Assembly: GCA_964517045.1 (NCBI GenBank)
Contig: CAZFAK010000002.1
Span: forward strand, 1 to 33,564
Length of the DNA stretch: 33,564 nucleotides
Reading direction: 5' to 3'
Source: an uncultured Spirochaetia bacterium
GTDB lineage: Bacteria; Spirochaetota; UBA12135; COTS27; CAZFAK01
Part shown: positions 25,020-33,509 of the stretch, piece after piece
Numbering within the stretch: the stretch's first letter is position 1
Layout of the letters: the number at the start of each line of letters is the position of its first letter
Program-made: the position numbers and the translations under genes
Notes under the pieces: generated by a model
The model's input: only the letters and a program-made list of their open reading frames with translations
Database searches by the model: none
Told to the model about the DNA's origin: nothing

Positions 25020-26994
25020 AAAAAGTCCGAATATTTTTCATCCGGTCAAACACAGTGCTGTTGCTTCTAAAAATTCTTTAGCCCAGGAAGGTCGCGACCA
25101 GAATCTGGAGTTTAAAAGAACGATAGATGACAGTACAAAAAAGATCGTGGATGATGCTTTGCATAAATTGCCCAAAGAGGCGCTTGAAAAACTGGATGTT
25201 ATGTCCGGTGTCAAGGAAAAACTTTATAACTATGTCAACCAGGGATTCAGTAATATGCTGTCCCGTTATCTTACTACTGCTGAAGATGAGATGGGCAAAA
25301 AATTCCGTGACTTTGTTGATAAGGAAGAAAACAGGCTTGCCAATAAATATTCACCGCGTGAATTAAGTGAACTTATTGACCAGATAGCAGGTCCGGACCG
25401 TTTCAATAACGGTGAGGTTGAAAAATCAATCATAAATACTTACGGACATTTACATGGTCACATCAACCGTGAAATAACCGAGATGGAGCAGAACACCAAT
25501 TCTCTGTTACGACAGAAAACAGATGTTGGTGCTTTTGTACGCGGGCAGAATTTTTATTCTGTTGTTAAATGCGCTTTTAAAGACGACAAAAACAAACCCA
25601 AGACAGTTATGAATGTCAAACTGTCTATCAATATTCTGGAGAATGAACTTATTTCTCCTATCTATCATTATCAAACCACTGTGGAACAGATAGCCAAAGA
25701 TATAATAATGAAACAGATACAGGATAAACTGGAAAAAACTATTGAAGATATCAACAACAAACTGCTTGAGGAAGGTAAAGCTGAACTGCAGCACGGAGAA
25801 ATCATCCTGAAAAAGATGCATAATGTGGAAAACTATACTGCGGATGAACGTGATGATGAGCAGTCCAAGCGTTATTCCATGATAGCCAAGCATCTGCTGG
25901 AAAGGCTGGAAGGTCTTGGCGCTGAAATTAATCCCAAAGATTATGACGCGCTTAACATCAGGGAAAATATTAAAAAAATTATAGACGATGACAATATCAG
26001 AAACAGAGGTTTTAATACAGCCATTAACTGTCTGACCAGTATTCTGGATACCAGTAAACTGGGTTATCAGTTCTGTGAAAATTTTAAAAACACCCGTGAA
26101 TTTGAAATAAGAGAATATGAAGACACGGATGAGGATCAGCTGCCGGATGAACGCTATCAGATCAATATGAAATATTATAACCAGGCCCAGGTTATGTCTG
26201 AACGGCGCGCTTATGATCAGCAGGTCGCTGAATATAAAAAAGAATGCAAGCTGGTATCTGATATGGTAGAGTGTCTGGTGAAGAATAACAAAAAAGCCTT
26301 TCAGCTCAACGATTTTGAGGATCTGGTTAAAAAAACAGTGGGATGCCGTAAGAAAGAGATCCGGGAAGGTGAAACTCTTTACGAAGATTCACCCAAATTG
26401 TGGGGTATTACCCAGCGTTTCAATGAAGAAAAAAGGGATATCCGTCCGGAAGAGACAAATGTGGAAAAGGCCAACCGTACTTATTCGGTTGATAAAAAAG
26501 ACATCAAAAACCTTCTGGATATGAGTCAGAAAAAACTGGCTGATACATATTCGTTTCAGCATCCGCAGAAACGGATTTTACTTGATGACCGTATCCGTTT
26601 CCTGAAAAGAAAATTTGAGGAATTTGATTACCGTATCAATCCCTATCATGTTCAGCCCGGGCTGCTGCTTGATATAGATATCTCCACAACCAAACGTAAA
26701 AGGTTCATTATGGGTAACATGGCTAATGTACTTAATGAATTTTTATCAGCTATGTCCAAGGGCTTTGAAGATGCTGCTTTCGCAGAATTTTCACGCCGCC
26801 GCAGTACTACCAGGGATGATCTGGATCAGGTATATGTCAGTGATCTGCCTGCTGAGGAACAGAATGCACAGGATGCTGAAGCTGAATCCGGGCAAGGCGG
26901 AGCCGGTACGGAAACCAATCTTGAAGATGAGGTATCAAGTGATTCAGATTCTTCCGGATCAGGTGATAGTGACGGCGGTTTGGACGAACTGTAA
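25000..26994 (+). CDS. 664-aa highly charged, helix-rich orphan protein; candidate CfpA-like cytoplasmic filament protein
   Basis: AGGAG (24991-24995) precedes ATGATG, so the start is 25000 or 25003. There is no TM helix, signal peptide or NTPase motif. The sequence has long charged helical stretches and an acidic tail ([23 protein letters not shown]). The size (~76 kDa) and position close to ppdK match what I recall for Treponema cfpA. No sequence comparison was done. Confidence 0.7.
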   Translation: [664 protein letters not shown]

Positions 26995-27014
26995 AAACAA
27001 TAGCGGTTTTCGTA

Positions 27015-27956
27015 ATGAGTGTTACTGCTGAAAGTTATTTGGACTATAGTTCGTTCGGAACCCGTAATGCTTTTAATGAAGCAATAAGGTTTTTTAAGAC
27101 TGTTACTGCGATATCAGGCAGTCTTAAAAACCAAAACCTCTCAGACATCATTTGGGATCTGCTGCAGGAGGAAAAAATCGGACCGCAGCAGGTCCCCTCT
27201 GTTTACAGTACTTTGCTCATTGACAAACTGGGATACAGTGCTAAAAGCATCAATTTTTTAACAGAGGTTGCTCTGAAAAAAGATATATGCTCGGATATTA
27301 AGGACTGGACCAGTATTGATCTTAATTGTATATATTACTCAGCCACCGGTTATCCGATGGTATTTAACCCTAAAAATAAAAAGCATATTAATGAGATATC
27401 CAAATTTAACAAGGATTTTCATTTTGTTGTTTATGCCAGGGACCTGGCGGATAATAATACAGAAGTGAGTAAAGCTGCCTGTGAAGATTTCTTAAAAATT
27501 TTACTGGGCAAACCGGTGAAAAACGTTGCTGCTTATACAAAAAAGATTGCCCGCTCTGTACCTGCCGGAGGCGGAACAGCTTCCAAACAAAAGATCAAAA
27601 AGCAGGCGGCTGTTAAACCGAAGAATATGCTTCGAACTGATAAGCTGGGGGTTGTAGTTTCCAATGAGCTTTTTCATAACGGCAATGTTGAGGCCTGGAC
27701 CAGAATTATAAAGAGTTATAGTGCTAAATATCCTGATAACCAGGTAAAAGTGTTCTATGACGGTGAACTAATCAAAAAACTGGCAGCTTTGTTTGAATGG
27801 GGAAAGGTAAAAAGCGGTACTCGCATCTTTTTTCAGGTTGAAGGCCCTGTACTGAAAGATATAGTAAAACTTAAAAACTATCTTTATGAAGGAGCCTCGG
27901 AAAGATTTGAGAATTTCTTACGCGGACCTGCTCATAAAACACTAAAACTTTTTTAG
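27015..27956 (+). CDS. 313-aa orphan cytoplasmic protein
   Basis: It starts 20 nt after the preceding stop. It has two globular-looking halves joined by a basic linker (GGGTASKQKIKKQAAVKPK). I recognise no motifs. Confidence 0.65.
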   Translation: MSVTAESYLDYSSFGTRNAFNEAIRFFKTVTAISGSLKNQNLSDIIWDLLQEEKIGPQQVPSVYSTLLIDKLGYSAKSINFLTEVALKKDICSDIKDWTSIDLNCIYYSATGYPMVFNPKNKKHINEISKFNKDFHFVVYARDLADNNTEVSKAACEDFLKILLGKPVKNVAAYTKKIARSVPAGGGTASKQKIKKQAAVKPKNMLRTDKLGVVVSNELFHNGNVEAWTRIIKSYSAKYPDNQVKVFYDGELIKKLAALFEWGKVKSGTRIFFQVEGPVLKDIVKLKNYLYEGASERFENFLRGPAHKTLKLF

Positions 27957-27990
27957 TTATTTTTTTATATCAAGCTTTTAAGGAAGTAAA

Positions 27991-30645
27991 GTGAACGATA
28001 AATATGTTTTTTTAGATGAAAAAAATAAGAAAGAGTTGTCGGATAATGAATACGGCCGGCTTGGTAAAAATATTTCCCTTATGTTTAAATACGGCCTGCC
28101 GGTTTTACCGGCTGTAATAATTAAAATTGAGCATGCCTTAAAATTATATAAAAATAATTTTATGTCTGAACTCAATCCTTATTTGAAAAAATTAACTCCC
28201 CACCTAAAAAAAGAACTTGGCGACAACAAAACAGCTGTTATTAATCTGGTTACCAGTTCATCTATGGCAATGGTTGCCAATTTACATATACAGAATATAG
28301 GGTTGCATTTACATACAATTGATGTATTCCTGAAACATTTTGGTGAAGATAAGACATTTACCATGTTAAATCAGCTGGTTTCCGATATTTTTTATTTTAA
28401 AAATAAATTCAAAAAAGAACTTACGGTAAAAGAAACCACCCGTAAGTATCTCGTAGAAATACTTGATGAGCAGCAGGAAGGGGCACTGCCGGAAGATGAT
28501 TATGCTTTTCTAAAAAATTTTTATAAACTGCAGACAGTAGCTGCCATAAAAAAATACCTGAATGACCAGAAGGAAAAAGAAACAGTTAAAAATTATTTCA
28601 CTGATACTTTAAAACAGCTGGAGAGTATTTTACGGGATATCAGCGCTTATCTGGATACCAATGAAGAATTATCTTCTATAATATTACAGCCGGTAATTCA
28701 TGGACATTTTAATAAAGCATCATACCGCGGTTTTCTTTACACCAATGATCTTATTTCGGGTGAGTTGAAAATCAACGGCAGATATGTTCAGGAAATGGCT
28801 AAATATCATGAGGATAAAAGTAAGAGCTTGGAACATATTGAGCCGGAGTTATTTGAACGGCTTTCGCAGCTGGCGCAACAGGTGCGCTATGTTTTTAAAG
28901 ATATTATGAAGTTTTTATTTTTAATTGAAAATAAAAAAATCTGGCTGCTTGATATATATGATGTGGAGGAATGTTCCTTTCAGGCTGATCTGAACAATAA
29001 ACTTGATCTGTTCAATAACAATAAACTGGATGAAAAAGAGATTATCCGGGATATAAGCCTTGAGGGTGTAACCCAATTGCTGCATCCGGTGGTAAATCAG
29101 GATAAAGCGGAGGGAGTACAAAAGGTTAACGGCGGTTTGGTTGGAGCTCCGGGAGCTGCCAGCGGCAAGGTTTATTTTTCATCAGCGGCTCTGCTGGATG
29201 CTTATGAGATCGCAGCCAAGAATAATCAGCCTACTGACTTTATTCTGGCTATGCCGCATACCTTTGCTGAAGAGGTGAAAGCTATCAAAGTCGGTAAAGG
29301 TGTTATCAGCTCTTTTGGCGGTTTTGCCTCGCATGCACCTGTAGTCTGCCGCAGTCTGAATAAAGTTTCCGTGGTGGAAGAGAGTATAGAGTGGGGAGAC
29401 AAGCAGCTTACGATCTTCGGTAATGTTATCAAAGAGGGTGATGAAGTTACTATCAATGCAGAGGTCGGCCGTAAACCGGAGATCTATTTCGGCAAGGTAC
29501 CTTTGATCGAGCCTGATTTCAGGAAAAACAATCTTACAGCTCTGATGGATGTTGTTAACCGTTATAATAATAAAATTAAAGTTTTTAGTAATGTCGATGA
29601 ACCTGTAGAAGCAAAACAGGCGCTTATTTTTCAGGCTCAGGGTATAGGTCTCTGCCGTACAGAACATATGTTTTTTGCGGAAAACAGACTTATCCCCTTT
29701 CTGGAGATGATACTTACCCGCAAGAAAGCCAATCAGGAAAAAGCCCTGCGTATCATAGAGGGCTTTCAAACTGAAGATTTTTACAGTTTGTTTAAAGTCT
29801 TCGGCCGTAAACCGGTAACCATCAGACTTTTGGATGCACCTTTGCATGAATTTATACCTAAAGAATCAGAAAAACTGGAAAAACTTATAGAACATATGAC
29901 CCGTAATTTTCCCGATATTGACGAAACTCTGATAAAAAACCGTTGCGCATTATTAAAAGAGTTTAATCCCATGCTGGGCAACCGGGGCTGCCGTCTGGGC
30001 ATAATGAAACCGGATATTTACCGTATGCAGGCCCGCGCTATAATAAATGCTGCCTGCAAATTAAAAAAAGAAAACAATATAGATCCGTTGCCTAAAATAA
30101 TGATACCTTTGGTTAGTATGCAGATGGAAATGCGTTTTCTTAAAGACGGTAAGGTTATAGAAGGGGAGACCGTAACCGGAATCAGAGAGGTTGTGGAAGA
30201 AGTACTGGATACGAATAATCTTAAAGATCAGATCAACTATCAGATCGGTTGTATGATCGAACTTCCTTCAGCAACGTTAGCTTCTGACAGTCTGGCCCAC
30301 TGCGCTGATTTTTTTAGTTACGGTACTAATGATCTTACGCAAACAACCTATGGATTGTCACGTGATGACACAACCGAACTTATAAATGAATATACCAAAT
30401 ATGACATTATGGATGCAAATCCTTTTTCTGCTCTGCAGCGCCGTGTTAAGGAGCTGCTTATGCTGAGTACCCGCAGGGCCAAAGTAATACGCCCTGATAT
30501 TAACCTTAGTCTCTGCGGCGAACATGGCGCAGACCCGGCAAATATCAGTTTTTTAATAAAAAACAAGATAGACATTGTTTCCTGCTCTCCCTTTAGTATC
30601 CCTCTTGTTAAGCTGGCTGTTGCTAAAGAGGAGATCAACCAGTAG
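27991..30645 (+). CDS. ppdK: Pyruvate phosphate dikinase-family protein with divergent N-terminal nucleotide-binding domain
   Basis: GTG start with AAGGAAG upstream. The central phospho-His domain is present (GGFASHAPVVCRS, His448). The C-terminal PEP/pyruvate domain is well conserved (GIGLCRTEHMFF, LLDAPLHEF, FNPMLGNRGCRLG, GTNDLTQTTYGLSRDD, LCGEHGADP). The N-terminal ~340 aa are alignable but lack the canonical ATP-grasp signatures. Confidence 0.8.
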   Translation: MNDKYVFLDEKNKKELSDNEYGRLGKNISLMFKYGLPVLPAVIIKIEHALKLYKNNFMSELNPYLKKLTPHLKKELGDNKTAVINLVTSSSMAMVANLHIQNIGLHLHTIDVFLKHFGEDKTFTMLNQLVSDIFYFKNKFKKELTVKETTRKYLVEILDEQQEGALPEDDYAFLKNFYKLQTVAAIKKYLNDQKEKETVKNYFTDTLKQLESILRDISAYLDTNEELSSIILQPVIHGHFNKASYRGFLYTNDLISGELKINGRYVQEMAKYHEDKSKSLEHIEPELFERLSQLAQQVRYVFKDIMKFLFLIENKKIWLLDIYDVEECSFQADLNNKLDLFNNNKLDEKEIIRDISLEGVTQLLHPVVNQDKAEGVQKVNGGLVGAPGAASGKVYFSSAALLDAYEIAAKNNQPTDFILAMPHTFAEEVKAIKVGKGVISSFGGFASHAPVVCRSLNKVSVVEESIEWGDKQLTIFGNVIKEGDEVTINAEVGRKPEIYFGKVPLIEPDFRKNNLTALMDVVNRYNNKIKVFSNVDEPVEAKQALIFQAQGIGLCRTEHMFFAENRLIPFLEMILTRKKANQEKALRIIEGFQTEDFYSLFKVFGRKPVTIRLLDAPLHEFIPKESEKLEKLIEHMTRNFPDIDETLIKNRCALLKEFNPMLGNRGCRLGIMKPDIYRMQARAIINAACKLKKENNIDPLPKIMIPLVSMQMEMRFLKDGKVIEGETVTGIREVVEEVLDTNNLKDQINYQIGCMIELPSATLASDSLAHCADFFSYGTNDLTQTTYGLSRDDTTELINEYTKYDIMDANPFSALQRRVKELLMLSTRRAKVIRPDINLSLCGEHGADPANISFLIKNKIDIVSCSPFSIPLVKLAVAKEEINQ

Positions 30646-30669
30646 CCGGTATTTTTTATTATAATTAGT

Positions 30670-31497
30670 ATGAAAAGGGACCATATTTTAATTACCGGAG
30701 TCTCCAGCGGGCTGGGCCGTTATTTGACCGAGTTGCTGCTTATGCAGGGCTATAAGGTTGCCGGTTTTACACGCCACCCCTCCAGGTTAAAATTTTTAAA
30801 AAAAAAATACCCTGATACATTTCTGCTTATACATGTAAATATTAATAATTATCAACAGGTTAATAATGCGGTAAAAAAAGTTATTAAGGCTTTCAGGAAA
30901 ATCGGTGTTTTAATAAACAATGCCGGTTACGGACAGGTCGGGCCCGTAGCCGAGACATCTATACGGGATATAAAAAAGCAGTTTGATATAAATATTTTTG
31001 CCCTGATTAATCTTACGCAAAAGGTAATACCGGTAATGCGCCGTCAGCAGCAGGGGCTTATTATCAATATCGGCTCCAGCGCTGACCGTATAGTCTCCCC
31101 GTTTAACGGTGTATATGCAGCCAGCAAACATGCCCTGAGGGCGTTTAGTGAAGCGCTTTGTATGGAGCTTAGCCCTTGCGGTATCAATGTAACTTTAGCT
31201 GAACCAGGCGTATTGCGTACTGACTACAATAATAAAATTTTAAAAGTCGGCCAAAAATTATACCCTGATGTACACAGCTCCTATAAAAAACAGTTTAAGT
31301 ATTTTTTGGATTCTGTAAGCGGCAGCAGGGGAATGCGGTTACCGCTTACAGGAAAAAAGATTATTGGTATAATCAATAAAAAAAATCCCGGTTTATATTA
31401 CCGCTTTGATTTTTATACCAGGCTATTGTTTTTTATGCGCCGTTTTTTTCCTGCTCCGCTTTATGATTATCTTATCAGAAAGAAAAGCAAACTATAA
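30670..31497 (+). CDS. Short-chain dehydrogenase/reductase (classical SDR)
   Basis: TGVSSGLG (T-G-x-x-x-G-x-G), NNAG, and the catalytic S...YAASK (Y-x-x-x-K). Confidence 0.85.
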   Translation: MKRDHILITGVSSGLGRYLTELLLMQGYKVAGFTRHPSRLKFLKKKYPDTFLLIHVNINNYQQVNNAVKKVIKAFRKIGVLINNAGYGQVGPVAETSIRDIKKQFDINIFALINLTQKVIPVMRRQQQGLIINIGSSADRIVSPFNGVYAASKHALRAFSEALCMELSPCGINVTLAEPGVLRTDYNNKILKVGQKLYPDVHSSYKKQFKYFLDSVSGSRGMRLPLTGKKIIGIINKKNPGLYYRFDFYTRLLFFMRRFFPAPLYDYLIRKKSKL

Positions 31498-31590
31498 TTA
31501 TAAACTGTATTCTGACGGGAATAAGTTAAACTTTTTTTGTAAGATATTGCTTACTTACCCGGATAATATTGATTAATTACAAGATATTAG

Positions 31591-31619
31591 TTTACTTGAA
31601 AGCAGTAAAAAGGTATAAT
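31591..31619 (+). promoter_or_regulatory. sigma70-type promoter candidate for the GH99-like gene
   Basis: TTTACT (31591-31596), 17-nt spacer, TATAAT (31614-31619), 35 nt upstream of the ATG at 31655 (RBS AAGGGGA). Confidence 0.35.
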
Positions 31620-31654
31620 TTAACAAGCTTTTTTTAGCAGGTTAAAAGGGGATC

Positions 31655-33472
31655 ATGAAACCGTTTAAAAACAGTATTACTCTTATATTTACACTTTTTA
31701 TAATAGCTTTCAGCCTGACCGCTTGCAAGCAGGATGGAGACAGCCGCGTTGATCCGGGCAACAGTTCCGACCCCCTTTCATCTGCCGGCTTTTCCATAAC
31801 CTCCGGCTCGTCCGGTCCGTCCGGAAATCTCTATCCGCCGGGCACTCCTGTTATTGACGAGCCTTTTACCGGTTGGAATCCCTCTGCAGGCAGTCTGTGG
31901 GAAGCCTCCTCCCTGGGAAGTAATTCAAGCTGGAATGCTGCCGCGGGCCGGCTGCATATAAACGGCAATGACCAGACCATGCTTGGCAACATCGAGCTGG
32001 CTGCAGATAATACTGCGGGAACAGGTATTTACGAAATAAGTTCGGTCACGGGAACACACACTACCGGTGAGTGGAATATCCGTCTGAAATTTTATGTGGG
32101 AGCAGATCCTTCTACTTACGGTTTCATAGAAGTCAACCATCTCGCCGGCGGCGATACTGTGATACGCTCTACTTTCCCCGGTACGGGCTGGAGCAATTCG
32201 GAAAACAGGCTTACTCTAACCCCGGGAATGAATATCAAACTAAAGGTGGAGCGCTATGCTGACGGTAATATGTCTGTTTTCGGCTGGAATTCGGACATCG
32301 GCAGCTGGCATACTGTAGTGGACAGTGAAATGTTTGACAGCCGTAAGACCTATATGCAGTTGTATTTGACCCCGGGAACCTTTTCCGATACCAGAGAGGT
32401 GGCTATTGACCGGGTCACTACCTGGGGCACTACCGGTACTGCAGTTAGTTCCGCCCAGAGTATCGCCTCTTCGGGCAGCAGCCTTTCCGCCGGCATCTCT
32501 ACCAACCTCTCCTACAAAGTCCATCTTTTCTACTACCAGTGGTATGGTACCCTCACCCATGACAGCGCCTGGCGTCATTGGCAGCAGAATGTGGGTACAG
32601 GCGGTCTGCCGGATAGTATCGGCGCAGATCTGTACCCTGCCCTTGGCCTTTACAGTTGTAAGGATGATAATCTGCTGGATCAGCATATGCAGATGATTGC
32701 TTCGGCCCGCATTGGTGTAATTGTTGTCTCCTGGTGGGGTCAGGGCAGTTGGGAGGATCAGATTGTTCCCCAGATACTTGCTGCTGCTGCTCCTTACGGT
32801 ATCAAGGTAGCCTGGCATATGGAACCGTACGGCGGTCGTACAGCTGCCAGCACAGTAAATGATATTAACTATATTAATAATAATTACGGCGCGCATCCGG
32901 CTTTTTTCCGGGCCGCAGACCGCGGTAATCAGCCGGTATTTTATATCTGGAATAGCCTGGCAATCAGCGACTGGTCTGCCCTGACTGCAGTTAACCAGTC
33001 CAATATTATACTGGCCCAGCATACGGATCAAAGTAAGGCTGATTATTTCGGCGGAATGTTTAACTATTCGATTCCTTTTGCGAGTAAGAGCGATGCTGAG
33101 ATACAAAGCATCTGGAACAGCATGAATACTTTCTGTAATAATAACAACATGGTCTGGTCTCCTTCCATTATTCCTGGTTATAAAGATGCCCGCGCTACGG
33201 GCAATACAGGTTTTTGTGACCGGGACAACGGCAATACTTATGACAAGTACTGGAATATGGCTGTTAATTGCGGCGCGTCATGGATATCGATTACCTCTTT
33301 TAACGAATGGCATGAGGGAACAGTGATTGAACCTGCAGAACATAATCCGCCTGCCGGTTACGGTTATCTTGATTATGAGGGTGTTTACGGTAAGACCGGA
33401 GAGGAATCCGAAACTGCTTATCTGGAACGTACTGCAGAACTGATCCTGGGATGGGATCCTGCGCTGCAATAG
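31655..33472 (+). CDS. Lipoprotein with C-terminal GH99-family (endo-alpha-mannosidase/mannanase-like) domain
   Basis: Lipobox L-T-A-C (FSLTACKQ). From about aa 285 the sequence carries GH99 hallmarks: HLFYYQWYG, LYPALGLYSCKDDNLLDQHMQMIASARIGVIVVSWWG, KVAWHMEPY, AHPAFFR, PVFYIWNS and the catalytic-region motif SFNEWHEGTVIEP. The N-terminal ~260 aa form a separate beta-rich domain, joined through a Ser-rich linker. Confidence 0.8.
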   Translation: MKPFKNSITLIFTLFIIAFSLTACKQDGDSRVDPGNSSDPLSSAGFSITSGSSGPSGNLYPPGTPVIDEPFTGWNPSAGSLWEASSLGSNSSWNAAAGRLHINGNDQTMLGNIELAADNTAGTGIYEISSVTGTHTTGEWNIRLKFYVGADPSTYGFIEVNHLAGGDTVIRSTFPGTGWSNSENRLTLTPGMNIKLKVERYADGNMSVFGWNSDIGSWHTVVDSEMFDSRKTYMQLYLTPGTFSDTREVAIDRVTTWGTTGTAVSSAQSIASSGSSLSAGISTNLSYKVHLFYYQWYGTLTHDSAWRHWQQNVGTGGLPDSIGADLYPALGLYSCKDDNLLDQHMQMIASARIGVIVVSWWGQGSWEDQIVPQILAAAAPYGIKVAWHMEPYGGRTAASTVNDINYINNNYGAHPAFFRAADRGNQPVFYIWNSLAISDWSALTAVNQSNIILAQHTDQSKADYFGGMFNYSIPFASKSDAEIQSIWNSMNTFCNNNNMVWSPSIIPGYKDARATGNTGFCDRDNGNTYDKYWNMAVNCGASWISITSFNEWHEGTVIEPAEHNPPAGYGYLDYEGVYGKTGEESETAYLERTAELILGWDPALQ

Positions 33473-33509
33473 GTATACAATATTAAAATAATCATTAAAA
33501 AAAATGATT

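Noticed and set aside
29182-29847. A 221-aa antisense ORF inside the PPDK-family gene (and smaller ones at 29226-29456, 29781-30002 and 30348-30638).
   Set aside because: The plus-strand frame is unambiguously PPDK-like across this region. The antisense ORFs are by-products of codon bias.
32240-33106. A 288-aa antisense ORF inside the GH99-like gene.
   Set aside because: The plus-strand frame carries an uninterrupted series of GH99 family motifs. The antisense translation has no motif or signal and an atypical composition.
33490-33509. An AT-only 7-bp hairpin (AATCATT-A6-AATGATT) between the GH99 gene and the convergent partial gene, as a possible bidirectional terminator.
   Set aside because: The stem is short and contains a single G:C pair. 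The predicted stability is too low to call a terminator with confidence.
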